NCBI GenBank assembly: GCA_039208735.1
Contig: JBCCQY010000003.1
Span: 64,001-128,000 of the forward strand
DNA: 64,000 nt
From: Myxococcota bacterium
GTDB lineage: Bacteria; Myxococcota_A; UBA796; GCA-2862545
Direction of reading: 5' to 3'
Part shown: positions 1 through 9,674 of the stretch, piece by piece
Layout: the number at the start of each line of letters is the position of its first letter
Numbering within the stretch: position 1 is the first letter of the stretch
The notes under the pieces: generated by a model
The model's database searches: none
Seen by the model: the letters and a program-made list of their open reading frames with translations, nothing else
What the model was told of the DNA's origin: nothing
Translations under genes and position numbers: made by a program

Positions 1-1
1 A

Positions 2-952
2 CGCGACCTGTACGCGATCGTGGTGGCGCCGGTGGCGAAGCATCTCCCGGGCGACACCGATGCGCCGCTGCTCGTGGTGCCCGACGCCGCGTTGTGGAGT
101 CTTCCGTTTGCGGCGATGCAGGACGCGAAGGGAGGGTGGTTCGGCCAACGCGCATTGCACTTTGGCGTGTCGGAAGGAGCCGTGGGCACAAGCGGTCGAC
201 GGACGCGGCCGCCTCGGTTTGGAGTCTTGGTGGTGGGCAATCCCGGTGAGGACCGGGCGACGTTGTGCGGCCGAACCCGTCGGTTGACTGCGTTGCAAGG
301 CGCAGAGGCCGAAGCGAGAGCCATTGCAGACCTCGACGGGTTCGCCAAGGTGGATGTGTTGATCGGCGACCAGGCCGATGCGTTACGGCTCGATGCTTGG
401 CACGGATCCTACGGTGTTTTGCACTTCGCAACGCATGGGTTTGTGTGTGATGATGCGCCGCTCGACTCCTTGGTGCAGATCGGTCGAACCCCTCCGAACG
501 TTTGGAACCAGGCGCCAGACGGGACGGTTTCTCGCCGAGATGACCCTCGACTCGTCGTGAAGGAAATGGGTCAGAACGACCGCTTTTTGCCTCGACAGTG
601 GCAGCCCACGCTTCCCTCGGTCCTCACCGCCCGACACGTGCTCGACCATTGGCATCTGAACGCCGATTTGGTCGCCCTGTCAGCTTGCGAGACGGGCCTT
701 GGACAGTCTTCCCATGAGGGCACCATCGGTCTGTTGCGGGCCTTTGTGGCGTCGGGGGCGCGCTCGGTCCTCGTGAGCCTGTGGCCCGTGGACGATGCGA
801 CCACGACCGACCTCATGGTGGCGTTCTACAAAGGCTATCTGGCCCATGGCGACAAGGCGGTCGCCCTGCGTGATGCCGCATCACAGGTGCGCGAGCGGCA
901 TCCGGAGCCCCGATTGTGGGCTCCGTTTGTGCTGGTCGGACCCCCTCAGTAG
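2..952 (+). CDS. CHAT domain (caspase-like) protein, 5' part outside window
   Basis: LLVVPDAALWSLPF, HFATHG (His) and LSACETGLG (Cys) motifs, SLWPVDD, HPxxWAPF; frame open from window start. Confidence 0.9.
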   Translation, partial: RDLYAIVVAPVAKHLPGDTDAPLLVVPDAALWSLPFAAMQDAKGGWFGQRALHFGVSEGAVGTSGRRTRPPRFGVLVVGNPGEDRATLCGRTRRLTALQGAEAEARAIADLDGFAKVDVLIGDQADALRLDAWHGSYGVLHFATHGFVCDDAPLDSLVQIGRTPPNVWNQAPDGTVSRRDDPRLVVKEMGQNDRFLPRQWQPTLPSVLTARHVLDHWHLNADLVALSACETGLGQSSHEGTIGLLRAFVASGARSVLVSLWPVDDATTTDLMVAFYKGYLAHGDKAVALRDAASQVRERHPEPRLWAPFVLVGPPQ

Positions 953-1019
953 GCCAAACCCCCGCCATGAGATGCCTCGGCTGAGGTTGACCATGAGTCT
1001 GCGGTGGCTATTTCCCGGT

Positions 1020-1325
1020 ATGCTTCTTGATCTTGGCCTAGCGGCGCTCCCGTTTGTTGTGGGGGTGGCATCCACCTGGCGGCTCATCTGGCCGCGCTGG
1101 AAGGTCGTTGGTAAGGCCGTGGCGTACTTCGTTGTGGTGGCGCTGCTGTCGAGTTGGCTCGGCCACTGGAGCTTGCTGCTGGCTTATGCGCACCAAACGG
1201 TGGGGCTCGCCTTTCACATCTGGTTCAGCCGCAAGCACGGATTCACCTGGTACGCCGTGGAGGACCCCGAGCGCTACGTCGCGCTGTCGAAGGCGTGGGT
1301 GGGCGCGGGCGACGAATCGCCCTAA
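1020..1325 (+). CDS. small membrane protein
   Basis: about three hydrophobic segments; start could also be 993; stop overlaps the convergent gene. Confidence 0.6.
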   Translation: MLLDLGLAALPFVVGVASTWRLIWPRWKVVGKAVAYFVVVALLSSWLGHWSLLLAYAHQTVGLAFHIWFSRKHGFTWYAVEDPERYVALSKAWVGAGDESP

Positions 1326-2104
1326 CGACCCTTGAACACCCCTTCGCGGCGTTCAAGAAAGCTCTGTAGCCCCTCCGCTGCGTCTTCGGTTGCCATCAGC
1401 TTCCGAGCTTGCGCTGCCAGACCATCGAGCGCCTGCTTCGGTGAATGCTCCACCGCTTGCCGCGATGAAGCCAGCGTGGCCTGCACTCCTAGCGGCGCCC
1501 TGGACGCAATGGTCTTAGCGATGCTCAGCGCACGGTTTGCAACCTCGTCGGGTGCGACGACCTCCTGCACCAGGCCGATCCGATGGGCCTCGGTCGCATC
1601 GAACCGGTCGCCCGTGAGCAGCCAGCGCATGGCATTGCCCCAGCCCGCGACCTGGGGCAGCCGCACCGTGGCGCCGCCGAACGGGAAGATGCCGCGGTTG
1701 ATTTCGATCTGTCCGAACGTCGTGTCTGTACCAGCGATGGCGATGTCCGAGGCGAGGATCATCTCGATGCCGATGGTCAGGCAGTAGCCTTGCACCCCGA
1801 TGACAAGCGGCTTTGTGCGTACACGCGCGCCGATCGACAAGGGATCCACACCCCCCTCGGGAAACAGGGGTTTCCCTGACTGCACCGCCGGGCCAACCTC
1901 GGCAAGGTCGAGGCCCGCGGTGAAGTGGCCGCCGTGGGACGTGATGACGGTCACGCGACCCCCGGGATCGTCGTCGCACGCGGTCACCGCTGCGGCGACC
2001 TCCTGCAGCATCTGAACATCGAAGGCGTTTCGCTTCTCGGCCCGGTCCAGCACGACGTGGTGAACGTGATCCGCGATGGTCACCTGAACGCGTGGCTTCG
2101 TCAT
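1322..2104 (-). CDS. enoyl-CoA hydratase/crotonase family protein
   Basis: RAEKRNAF, FTAGLDL, GIEMILASD, EINRGIFPFGG motifs. Confidence 0.92.
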   Translation of the reverse strand: MTKPRVQVTIADHVHHVVLDRAEKRNAFDVQMLQEVAAAVTACDDDPGGRVTVITSHGGHFTAGLDLAEVGPAVQSGKPLFPEGGVDPLSIGARVRTKPLVIGVQGYCLTIGIEMILASDIAIAGTDTTFGQIEINRGIFPFGGATVRLPQVAGWGNAMRWLLTGDRFDATEAHRIGLVQEVVAPDEVANRALSIAKTIASRAPLGVQATLASSRQAVEHSPKQALDGLAAQARKLMATEDAAEGLQSFLERREGVFKGR

Positions 2105-2252
2105 GTACCCCTCCCGCGGCGCGACGGACGGTCGGCCCTCGACGTGCCGGTTCCCCCGCAGGTAACCTCTGGCCCTCGGAGGAGGTGCCCGTGGATGCCG
2201 CAGCCTGCGTCAGCCCCGGCTGGCACGATGCCCTCGCCGCGGGGATGTAACG

Positions 2253-4295
2253 ATGGTGACGACGACCTTTTGCCGCATTTGCGAGGCCCACTGCGGACTC
2301 CTCGTGACCACCGAGGGGGACCGTGTCACCCAGGTGCGCCCGGACCGAGAGCATCCCGTGAGCCGGGGCTACGTCTGCGGCAAGGGCACCGGGGCGGGCA
2401 GCGTCCATCACGACCCCGCGCGCCTCGACCATCCGCTCGAACGCATCGACGGATCCTACCGAAGGATTTCGTGGTCCGAGGCGCTGCAGAAAATCGGAAC
2501 CCGAGTGCGCGCGTTGCGCAAAACCCACGGCGATCGGTCGATCGCGATGTACACGGGCAACCCCACATTCTTCAACGCGGGGGCCACGCTGTGGTCGTCG
2601 GCCTTCCTCGAGGCGTTGGGATCGCCCAATTTGTTCGCATCGCATTCGGTCGATCTGAACAACAAGTTCCACGTGGCCACCGCCATGTATGGCCGTTCGC
2701 TTGTGCAGCCGGTTCCCGACTTGGCTCGCTGCCGGTACTTCGTCTGCATCGGGTCGAATCCCTTCGTGAGCCAAATGAGTGTGGTGCACCAGCCGCACGC
2801 CTTGCAGACGCTCAAGGCGATCGAAGCCCGTGGGGGACGAGTGGTGGTGATCGACCCGCGACGTACCGAGACGGCCGAGCGGGTGGGGGAGCACCTCGCG
2901 ATCCGTCCCGGTACCGACGCCGTGTTGCTGCTGGGGATGCTTCACACGCTGGTGGACGACGGACTCGCGCCCGAGGTGGTGCGTCAGGTCAACGCGGTGG
3001 CCGAGGGGCTCGAGACCTTGTGTGACGCAGCTCGCGCATGGCCGGCCGACCGGGCGGCATCCATCACGGGTATCGATGCCCAACGGATTCGATCGTTGGC
3101 TCGGGACCTCCGAGATGCGGACGGTGGCGCATTGTACATGTCCACCGGGGTAAACCAAGGCCCCTTCGGCTCCATTGCGGCGTGGCTGGTGCAGGCGCTG
3201 CACGTCGTGACCCAGCAGCTCGACCGGGCCGGCGGATCGTTGGTTCCAAAGGGCGCGTTTCCCGCCTTGCAGTTGGCGAGCTGGCTAGGACTCGGCGGCT
3301 TTGATGCCCATCGAACGCGCGAGGGGCAGCATCACCGAGTCGCGGGCGCGTTTCCCGTAGGGGCCTTGGCCGATGAGATTCGGAGCCCCGCTCCGGACCG
3401 AATTCGGGCGCTTTTCGTGTGTGCGGGCAACCCGGTCCGCTCGGCGGCCGGTCGTCTGGACGAGGCGCTTGAGGAGCTTGATCTGCTCGTTGGGATCGAC
3501 CTGTACCCCAACGACACAACGGCCAAGGCCGACTTCCTGTTGCCCGCGACCGACATGCTCGAACGCAGCGACTTCGCGCTGGCGCACACGTTGCTCCAGC
3601 CAGAGCCTCATGCCCAGTTCACCGAGGCGGTGGTGTCGCCAAAGGCCGAACGGCGAGAAGAATGGCGGATCTTCAAAGATCTAGCGGTGGCCTGTGGGGC
3701 TCCGGTGTGGTCTCCGACCCTGTGTGGCATCGGAGCGCGATTGCCCCTTCATCCCGACCGTTTGATCGCGGGCTTGTTGCGATGGGGGGGCCACACCACG
3801 CACCGTGCGCTGCTCAAGGAGCCCCGCGGCGTGGCCTTGCCGGCCACCGAGCCAGGCAGCTTTCTGGGACGCCGGGTGCCCCGGGGCAAGGTCAACCTCG
3901 CCCCGGACGATGTGGTGGCCGATCTCGATCGACTCGAGGCCACGATCGAGGAATGGACCACGGATGGGCTACGACTCATCGGACGACGGCATCGAAAGCG
4001 CCACAACAGCTGGTTGCCCCGCGAGTCCCGCTCGGCGCTCGGTGCCCTGTGGGTTCACCCCGATGACGCGGCACGGCTCGGCCTCGCCGAGGGCGAAGAG
4101 GTCGTCGTCCGCGGTGCATCGCACGCCATCAAGATCGTGGTGGCCATCACCGACGCCATGCGACAGGGGGTGGTTTCCCTTCCCTACGGCGGTCCCAAGG
4201 GGCTGGATCTCAACCGGCTCATGCCTCCGATGATGGAGCCCGTGAGTGGCCAAGCCGTGTTCAATGGGCATCCGGTCACCATCGAACGGGCTTAG
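2253..4295 (+). CDS. molybdopterin-dependent oxidoreductase
   Basis: N-terminal CxxCxxxC...C Fe-S motif, VIDPRRTETA, IRPGTD, ADFLLPA, C-terminal VHPDDA binding domain. Confidence 0.9.
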   Translation: MVTTTFCRICEAHCGLLVTTEGDRVTQVRPDREHPVSRGYVCGKGTGAGSVHHDPARLDHPLERIDGSYRRISWSEALQKIGTRVRALRKTHGDRSIAMYTGNPTFFNAGATLWSSAFLEALGSPNLFASHSVDLNNKFHVATAMYGRSLVQPVPDLARCRYFVCIGSNPFVSQMSVVHQPHALQTLKAIEARGGRVVVIDPRRTETAERVGEHLAIRPGTDAVLLLGMLHTLVDDGLAPEVVRQVNAVAEGLETLCDAARAWPADRAASITGIDAQRIRSLARDLRDADGGALYMSTGVNQGPFGSIAAWLVQALHVVTQQLDRAGGSLVPKGAFPALQLASWLGLGGFDAHRTREGQHHRVAGAFPVGALADEIRSPAPDRIRALFVCAGNPVRSAAGRLDEALEELDLLVGIDLYPNDTTAKADFLLPATDMLERSDFALAHTLLQPEPHAQFTEAVVSPKAERREEWRIFKDLAVACGAPVWSPTLCGIGARLPLHPDRLIAGLLRWGGHTTHRALLKEPRGVALPATEPGSFLGRRVPRGKVNLAPDDVVADLDRLEATIEEWTTDGLRLIGRRHRKRHNSWLPRESRSALGALWVHPDDAARLGLAEGEEVVVRGASHAIKIVVAITDAMRQGVVSLPYGGPKGLDLNRLMPPMMEPVSGQAVFNGHPVTIERA

Positions 4296-4693
4296 TCGAA
4301 CGGGGTCACGCAGTCGTAGTTGGTCAGCTCGACGATGCGCCCCCCGCGGACGGTCATGAACAAGGCAAGGTGGGCCTCGATGACCGATCCGGCCGGCTGG
4401 GAGCCCAGGTCCACCGCGAGATGACCCTGCCAATGCAGTCGACAAGCGATGCGCTCGCCGTGCACCAACACCTCTTCGGCCGTGTAGCGCTCTTCTCGGA
4501 GCAACGAGGCTCCACGCTTGACGCCCTCGAGCATGGCCGCCTTGTCGTGGCGGCCGCCTTTGGGAGAAAATGTGTTGGGATGCTCGATCTGAATGAGACT
4601 GTCGTCGAACAGGGCGTTCAGTTCGTCGAGGTCCTTACCCTCGATCGCACGGAGGTAGCGGTCGACGAAGGCCTGGGCGTCTGCAGGGGTCAT
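4292..4693 (-). CDS. SnoaL-like/NTF2 family protein
   Basis: about 133 aa; FVDRYLRAIE...GRIVELTNYD pattern. Confidence 0.8.
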   Translation of the reverse strand: MTPADAQAFVDRYLRAIEGKDLDELNALFDDSLIQIEHPNTFSPKGGRHDKAAMLEGVKRGASLLREERYTAEEVLVHGERIACRLHWQGHLAVDLGSQPAGSVIEAHLALFMTVRGGRIVELTNYDCVTPFD

Positions 4694-4748
4694 GATGGCT
4701 CCTCGGGCAAAGATCCCGTATCGCAGCTCGCTTGGTAGTCTGACCGCG

Positions 4749-5495
4749 ATGGACGATCCCAAACCATTGTCGCGCCTTCACGCCCGCGCGCTCGACTACC
4801 CCGAGGCCTATGAAGAACTGCCGTGGGGGCATCCGGCGATCAAGGTGCGCAAGAAGACATTTGTCTTCTGCTCGGCGCTCGACTCAGAAAACCCTGGTAT
4901 CTCGGTTAAACTGACGCAGTCTCGTGAACGAGCGCTCGCTCACGACAGCGTCTCCCCCATGGGCTACGGCCTGAGCAAACACGGGTGGTGTTCGTTTTCG
5001 GACCTCGGCGCAATGCCTCTCGAGGAGCTGTTCGACTACCTCGACGAGTCCTACCGCGCGGTGGCGCCCAAGACGTTGCTGCGCAAGCTCGGGGACGGTC
5101 CTCCTCCGGCTCGAACGGCGCCCTCCGCACCGGTGGACCTCGATGCGCTGCCGCGCGTGTTGGTGGTCGGTGCGGGGCCCCGGCGCGCCCAACGGGCGGT
5201 GCGAGCCTTGGCGGAACGTGGGGTTCCCGCTGCAGCCGTGGGCCTGGAACCTGCCATCGAGGAGGCTGGGGAACTCCAGCCCGAGATTGTCGTGGTGGAC
5301 GGAGCCCGGGAGGCCTTGAGGGCCGGTGAGGTGCTCGAGAGTTTGATGGCGCTGTGTCCCGATGCCCGGTGGTTCGTGGCCGAGCCTCGTCCACGCCTCT
5401 CGGTTCCCGAGTCGGTCATCGTGCTGAAGGAGCCGCCCGGCGCGGCCGATTCGGTCGAAGCAGTCCTCCGTGGGCTCGAGACCAAGGAGACATGA
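4749..5495 (+). CDS. MmcQ/YjbR-family domain fused to a degenerate receiver-like domain
   Basis: EELPWGHPAIKVRKKTF...YGLSKHGW...ESYRAVAPK, then RVLVVG...PEIVVVD. Confidence 0.75.
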   Translation: MDDPKPLSRLHARALDYPEAYEELPWGHPAIKVRKKTFVFCSALDSENPGISVKLTQSRERALAHDSVSPMGYGLSKHGWCSFSDLGAMPLEELFDYLDESYRAVAPKTLLRKLGDGPPPARTAPSAPVDLDALPRVLVVGAGPRRAQRAVRALAERGVPAAAVGLEPAIEEAGELQPEIVVVDGAREALRAGEVLESLMALCPDARWFVAEPRPRLSVPESVIVLKEPPGAADSVEAVLRGLETKET

Positions 5496-6157
5496 TGTTG
5501 CTCGCAGGCCTCTGTGCCATGGCCCTAGGTGCCGAGGGCATCCAGTTCGCTCCGGATCGCCCGGGCGTGGGAGACAGCACGGTGACCACGGGGCCTGGCC
5601 ACGTGGTGATCGAATTGGGCTTTGCGGCCGCCCTGACGCAACGGAGCACGACGTTGTCCACGGGTGGCCTGATCGGTCGCATCGGGCTCGATGATGGGCT
5701 GGAGCTGCGCGTTCGCCTGCCGGACCCGTTTGTGACCGAAGGGGACTTTGGCGTCGGTCCGGCGGGGCTTGGGGCCAAGGTGGGAGGTGTGCTCAACGAC
5801 CGGTGGTCTTCGTCGGTGGTGGCCGAACTCCAGGTGGATCCAAACGATGGCACGGTCGGCGGATTCTTAGGCGGCAACGTGGCCGCGGCCTTCGATCGGG
5901 TGGGGGTCTGGCTAGCCGGGTCCGCCGCGGGCTCCAATGCTGTCACGGTGTTTGCTGGCGGAGGACTTGGGTACAACGTGGACGACGGCGGAGTCTACGT
6001 CAACGCAGGGTACGACTTTGGCGGGTCTACGCTGGCCGGCGTTGGCGCGTATCTGCTTCCGGGAGAGGCGTTTCAGGTCGACGCGAGTTTCGATGTTGCG
6101 GTTGCGGACGGGCAAACGACGTGGCTACCCTCATTCGGCGTCGCCTTCGGCCTCTGA
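5492..6157 (+). CDS. outer-membrane beta-barrel/transporter (MetA-pathway/CoxB-like)
   Basis: signal peptide, PDRPGxxDST motif, alternating beta strands; AAGGAG RBS and ATGA overlap. Confidence 0.65.
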   Translation: MMLLAGLCAMALGAEGIQFAPDRPGVGDSTVTTGPGHVVIELGFAAALTQRSTTLSTGGLIGRIGLDDGLELRVRLPDPFVTEGDFGVGPAGLGAKVGGVLNDRWSSSVVAELQVDPNDGTVGGFLGGNVAAAFDRVGVWLAGSAAGSNAVTVFAGGGLGYNVDDGGVYVNAGYDFGGSTLAGVGAYLLPGEAFQVDASFDVAVADGQTTWLPSFGVAFGL

Positions 6158-7825
6158 GGCTTCCTCTTCGGAGACCAGGGTCACGGCGGGTCGGCCCGAG
6201 AGCGTAAACGCGGCCCAATAGAAGGGATGTCCGAAGCCCTCGGTCGTGCGCACGGCACGTTGGGCTTCGAACAGAGACTCCGAGGCGCCTTTGCCTTTGG
6301 CGAGCTGGGCGTAGAACTCGGTCATCAACACCTGGGTGGCTTTGTCATCGACCTTCCACAGCGACAGGACCTGGGTCTGGGTGCCTGCGAGCACCAAGGC
6401 CCGCCGCAGCCCATGCACGCCATCGCCATTGCGAATCTCGCCAAGCCCGGTTTCGCAGGCGCTCAATACGACGAGTCGAGTGCCCCGAAGATCACGGTTC
6501 GACCACTCTGCCGCCGTCGTGACGTTGCCTTCAAGGTTTGCGCCGGCGAACACAACCCCGCTGCGCAGGTCCGCAATGTCCGTCACGCCGGTGGCGAGCG
6601 GCTCCACGGGCGCGTTTCCGTTCTTCGGACGGCCCAGTCCCCGATCGTCTGACGTGAAGGAGCGTTGGAGGGTGGGCTCGAGGTTCGCTTCGAAGAAGCC
6701 ATGGCTCGCGATGTGCAGGAACTGAGGCCGACTCACCTTGGCGACGGCGGCCTCGGTGGCCTCCGCCCCCCGGAGCACCTGCGTATCGGGGAACGCAGCG
6801 GCGATGGACTCCCCTTCGGCTACGGTGCCGGGAAGCCTCCCCCAGGGCCGACCGGTGCCGTAGTCGATGTCGAAGACGGCCAAGGGGTTGGTGGTTTCGG
6901 CGTCCCAGGCGCCCAAGAAGGGGCGTTCCCGACCGCTCGTCAGGTAGGCGATGCGGGGCAGGTTCCACACGTCATCGGATGCCCGCCCAATCACGAGCTG
7001 GAAGGGGACGTGCGCCAGCAATCCGTCGGGCGAGATGATCACTCGAGGGGCTCGGGTCACCCAGGGCACATCCCCAAAAATACGGGCACGGAGGTCGTCG
7101 GCCAGAGGAGCCACGTCGCGCAGGGCCGTCATCGCACCCCGGAACCGACGCACCGCCTCATCGATGGCCTTGGCGGGCCCGACGTCGACCCCATGGATCG
7201 ATCCCCCGCGTTCCAGGGTGTAGACGGCGTAGCGTTCTTCGCCGTATGTGTCGGATTTCGCGTCCCAGGGTCGGTAGACCACAAACTCGACCAGCAACAT
7301 GCGCGAGTCGAGGGTCGACGCGATGTCGGAAGGCTCGATGAGCGAGGCGATGGCGCGGTAGGGCCGTGATTTGAGGGCGAGGCGCTTCTGGAGTTCGGCC
7401 ACGCGCCCCCGCAGGGCCTTGACCTCCCGACGAGGAGGGTTCTTTCGCGCCAAGAGCTGGTCGAGCTGTTCCGTGGCCAACAGTAGGGCATCGAGCCGCT
7501 GCTGGCCCTCGTCGTCCGCGGTCTCCCTAACGATTTCACGCGTGGCGTACTCGGCGTCGACGAGCTGACCCTTGCGACGCAACAACGTCCGAAGTGCAAG
7601 TGCCGCCCAGCGTGGGTCGGTCGATGCGGTCTTCAGATGCAGGCTCACGACCTTCGAGGTGGTAGCGGCCAAGGGGGCGATAATGGCGCGTCGCTCATCG
7701 GGCGTGCCCACAAGCAACGCATCTCTCACGCGACGGTCTTCAGCATCGAGCAGAACGTCGAGTTGCTCGAGCGTGGGTACGGGAGCGGCGAGGGCACCGA
7801 AGAGCGAAAACAGCAGGGCCAACAT
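6131..7825 (-). CDS. secreted CHAT domain protease
   Basis: signal peptide; ISPDGLLAHVPF, HIASHGF, LSACETGLG, SLWKVDD, HPFYWAAF. Confidence 0.9.
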   Translation of the reverse strand: MLALLFSLFGALAAPVPTLEQLDVLLDAEDRRVRDALLVGTPDERRAIIAPLAATTSKVVSLHLKTASTDPRWAALALRTLLRRKGQLVDAEYATREIVRETADDEGQQRLDALLLATEQLDQLLARKNPPRREVKALRGRVAELQKRLALKSRPYRAIASLIEPSDIASTLDSRMLLVEFVVYRPWDAKSDTYGEERYAVYTLERGGSIHGVDVGPAKAIDEAVRRFRGAMTALRDVAPLADDLRARIFGDVPWVTRAPRVIISPDGLLAHVPFQLVIGRASDDVWNLPRIAYLTSGRERPFLGAWDAETTNPLAVFDIDYGTGRPWGRLPGTVAEGESIAAAFPDTQVLRGAEATEAAVAKVSRPQFLHIASHGFFEANLEPTLQRSFTSDDRGLGRPKNGNAPVEPLATGVTDIADLRSGVVFAGANLEGNVTTAAEWSNRDLRGTRLVVLSACETGLGEIRNGDGVHGLRRALVLAGTQTQVLSLWKVDDKATQVLMTEFYAQLAKGKGASESLFEAQRAVRTTEGFGHPFYWAAFTLSGRPAVTLVSEEEASEAEGDAE

Positions 7826-7854
7826 GCGCCCCGTCTTAGCGGATCCGGCGGAGT

Positions 7855-8403
7855 TTAGCGATGCTCGTTGATAACGGCGAGTTCAATCATCGCCGCCGCG
7901 CCGCTGGTCTGCGCAGTGACGAAGGCAAGCCCCGGACGAATTGCCTGGATTTGGCCTTCCTGGACCTGGAGCACCGTAGGATCGGAACTGACCCACGTGA
8001 CCTCGCCCACGGCGACCGAACGGCCCGATCGTACGGCTGAAAGGTCGAGCCGAGCGGTGTCACCGGGCCGTAGCGACGAGGGGACTCCGGTGACTCGCAA
8101 TTCGGTCACGAGGTCGACCTCGAGGGTCCATGTCACTTCCTGTCCGCGCCAGCGAGCCACCACTGGGGTTCGGCCCGGGCCACGGGCGACGATGTACTCC
8201 GGACGGACTTCGGCGACTTCCCGGCGCGGGACCAAGAGGCGCAACCCCATCGGCTTCGATCCGTCCGACAAACGGAGCGTGGGGCCATCGACGGGACCCA
8301 GCTCGTGAACCTGAATGTGATCTGGACCCTCGATGAGGAGCACGGGGTCCTCGTGCAGGCTGCAGGCTATGGAAAGGCCCACGGAAGCGGTTCGCCAGTT
8401 CAC
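7855..8403 (-). CDS. lipoprotein with C-terminal bacterial Ig-like domain
   Basis: GGAGG RBS before GTG at 8403; SIAC lipobox-like; VTWVSSDPTVLQV...G.A.VTA motif. Confidence 0.7.
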   Translation of the reverse strand: MNWRTASVGLSIACSLHEDPVLLIEGPDHIQVHELGPVDGPTLRLSDGSKPMGLRLLVPRREVAEVRPEYIVARGPGRTPVVARWRGQEVTWTLEVDLVTELRVTGVPSSLRPGDTARLDLSAVRSGRSVAVGEVTWVSSDPTVLQVQEGQIQAIRPGLAFVTAQTSGAAAMIELAVINEHR

Positions 8404-8521
8404 GGGAGAAACCTCCGCACGCGCTAGGACGCGCGTGTCCGCTATGTGGCGGGTGTACAGCCTAGCCCATGCTTTCGCGCGGAACTGGACCGGTGCCGCC
8501 CTGTAACGAGGTGCTCGGATC

Positions 8522-9670
8522 CTACCGGAGTTCGACCACCGCGATCTGGACACCTCGTGACAATCGAGCTGCCGCCTCGGAGGCGCTCGAACCGAGCGGA
8601 AGATGGGACGCGTCCGCGGGGGCTTGCCCGAGTGCGGGGTCGACGGCGACGGTCTGGGCGCCCAGGCGGACCGTGGCCCACGCATGCGGATACAGAGCAG
8701 GTCCCACCGTCCCTTCGCGGTAAACCACCCCCCCGACGGTGTCCGCCTCGAGGCCGAGTTGTCGGGCCAGGTGGACAAACGCCGCCGCCGCCTCATCACA
8801 GTCGCCACGGCCCGCCCGAAGCGCCTCGGCGGCATCCAACGTTCCGGGCTGAGGGACGCCGTCGAGGGTCTGCCTGACGTGAACCACGAGCTTTTGGATC
8901 GCAACGCGCGCGTCGGGCGCATCGGCCACCCAGGTATCGGCCTCGGAGGGAGGATGCGGGGGGATCGGAACGGCGGGGATCTGAAGCCAAATGGGAGCGT
9001 CGGTGCGCGTCACGACGCCATCGACGAGGAACCGGCCGATCAACGCCCGCTCCGCTCGGGGCTGGGCGGCGACGGGGATGGCGTAGAGGCTCACCGGATC
9101 GAAGGTGTCGAAAGAGGTCGGCGCCGAGCCCCGTTCGAGCGTGAAGCTGCCTTGCGTGGCTCGTACGAGGCCTTGGTCGTCCCAGGTCGCCTCGCCCTTC
9201 CCGGCCGAGCCCGTCCAGCGCACGACCGTGGTGTCGGACTGCGCGTCCACTTCGACCTCGCCCGTCACCACTTCGAGGGAAAACGGATCCACGAGCGGCC
9301 AGCGGCCGGACCGTGGGGGAGGCCATGCGTCGGGAAGCCAGGCGGCTCCGGTCCACGTTCGCGACCCCGTGGGGGACCACTGCAGGTAGCTGGCCGCGGG
9401 GCCGTCCGCGGGACCGGCCATGCGACTGCCTCCGCGGACCGCGCGACGGGTGCCTCCCAGTTGAAGCCAGGTCGTGCGGCGTCGCACGATCACCGTTTCA
9501 TCGTCTTCGGAGAAGACCGATCGACGTTCGGTGCCAATGCGCAACGCTTGGCCTTCGATGCCCCGGACCGACAGGACGTAGTCGGTTGATGGGGCATCAC
9601 GTGGCGCCGTTGGGGCCCCTCGGAATGGGTCGGGCGAGGAGCAGCCGAAAAGGAAGAGTGCCAGGACGAC
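8522..9670 (-). CDS. transglutaminase-like lipoprotein (start codon unclear)
   Basis: GDCDE, HAWA, VDPA catalytic triad; LFGC lipobox. Confidence 0.8.
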   Translation of the reverse strand, partial: VVLALFLFGCSSPDPFRGAPTAPRDAPSTDYVLSVRGIEGQALRIGTERRSVFSEDDETVIVRRRTTWLQLGGTRRAVRGGSRMAGPADGPAASYLQWSPTGSRTWTGAAWLPDAWPPPRSGRWPLVDPFSLEVVTGEVEVDAQSDTTVVRWTGSAGKGEATWDDQGLVRATQGSFTLERGSAPTSFDTFDPVSLYAIPVAAQPRAERALIGRFLVDGVVTRTDAPIWLQIPAVPIPPHPPSEADTWVADAPDARVAIQKLVVHVRQTLDGVPQPGTLDAAEALRAGRGDCDEAAAAFVHLARQLGLEADTVGGVVYREGTVGPALYPHAWATVRLGAQTVAVDPALGQAPADASHLPLGSSASEAAARLSRGVQIAVVELR

Positions 9671-9674
9671 CGGA

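Noticed and set aside
2221..2237. TGGCACG as a sigma-54 promoter (similar cases near 35396 and 42470)
   Set aside because: GC is not at the required spacing from GG
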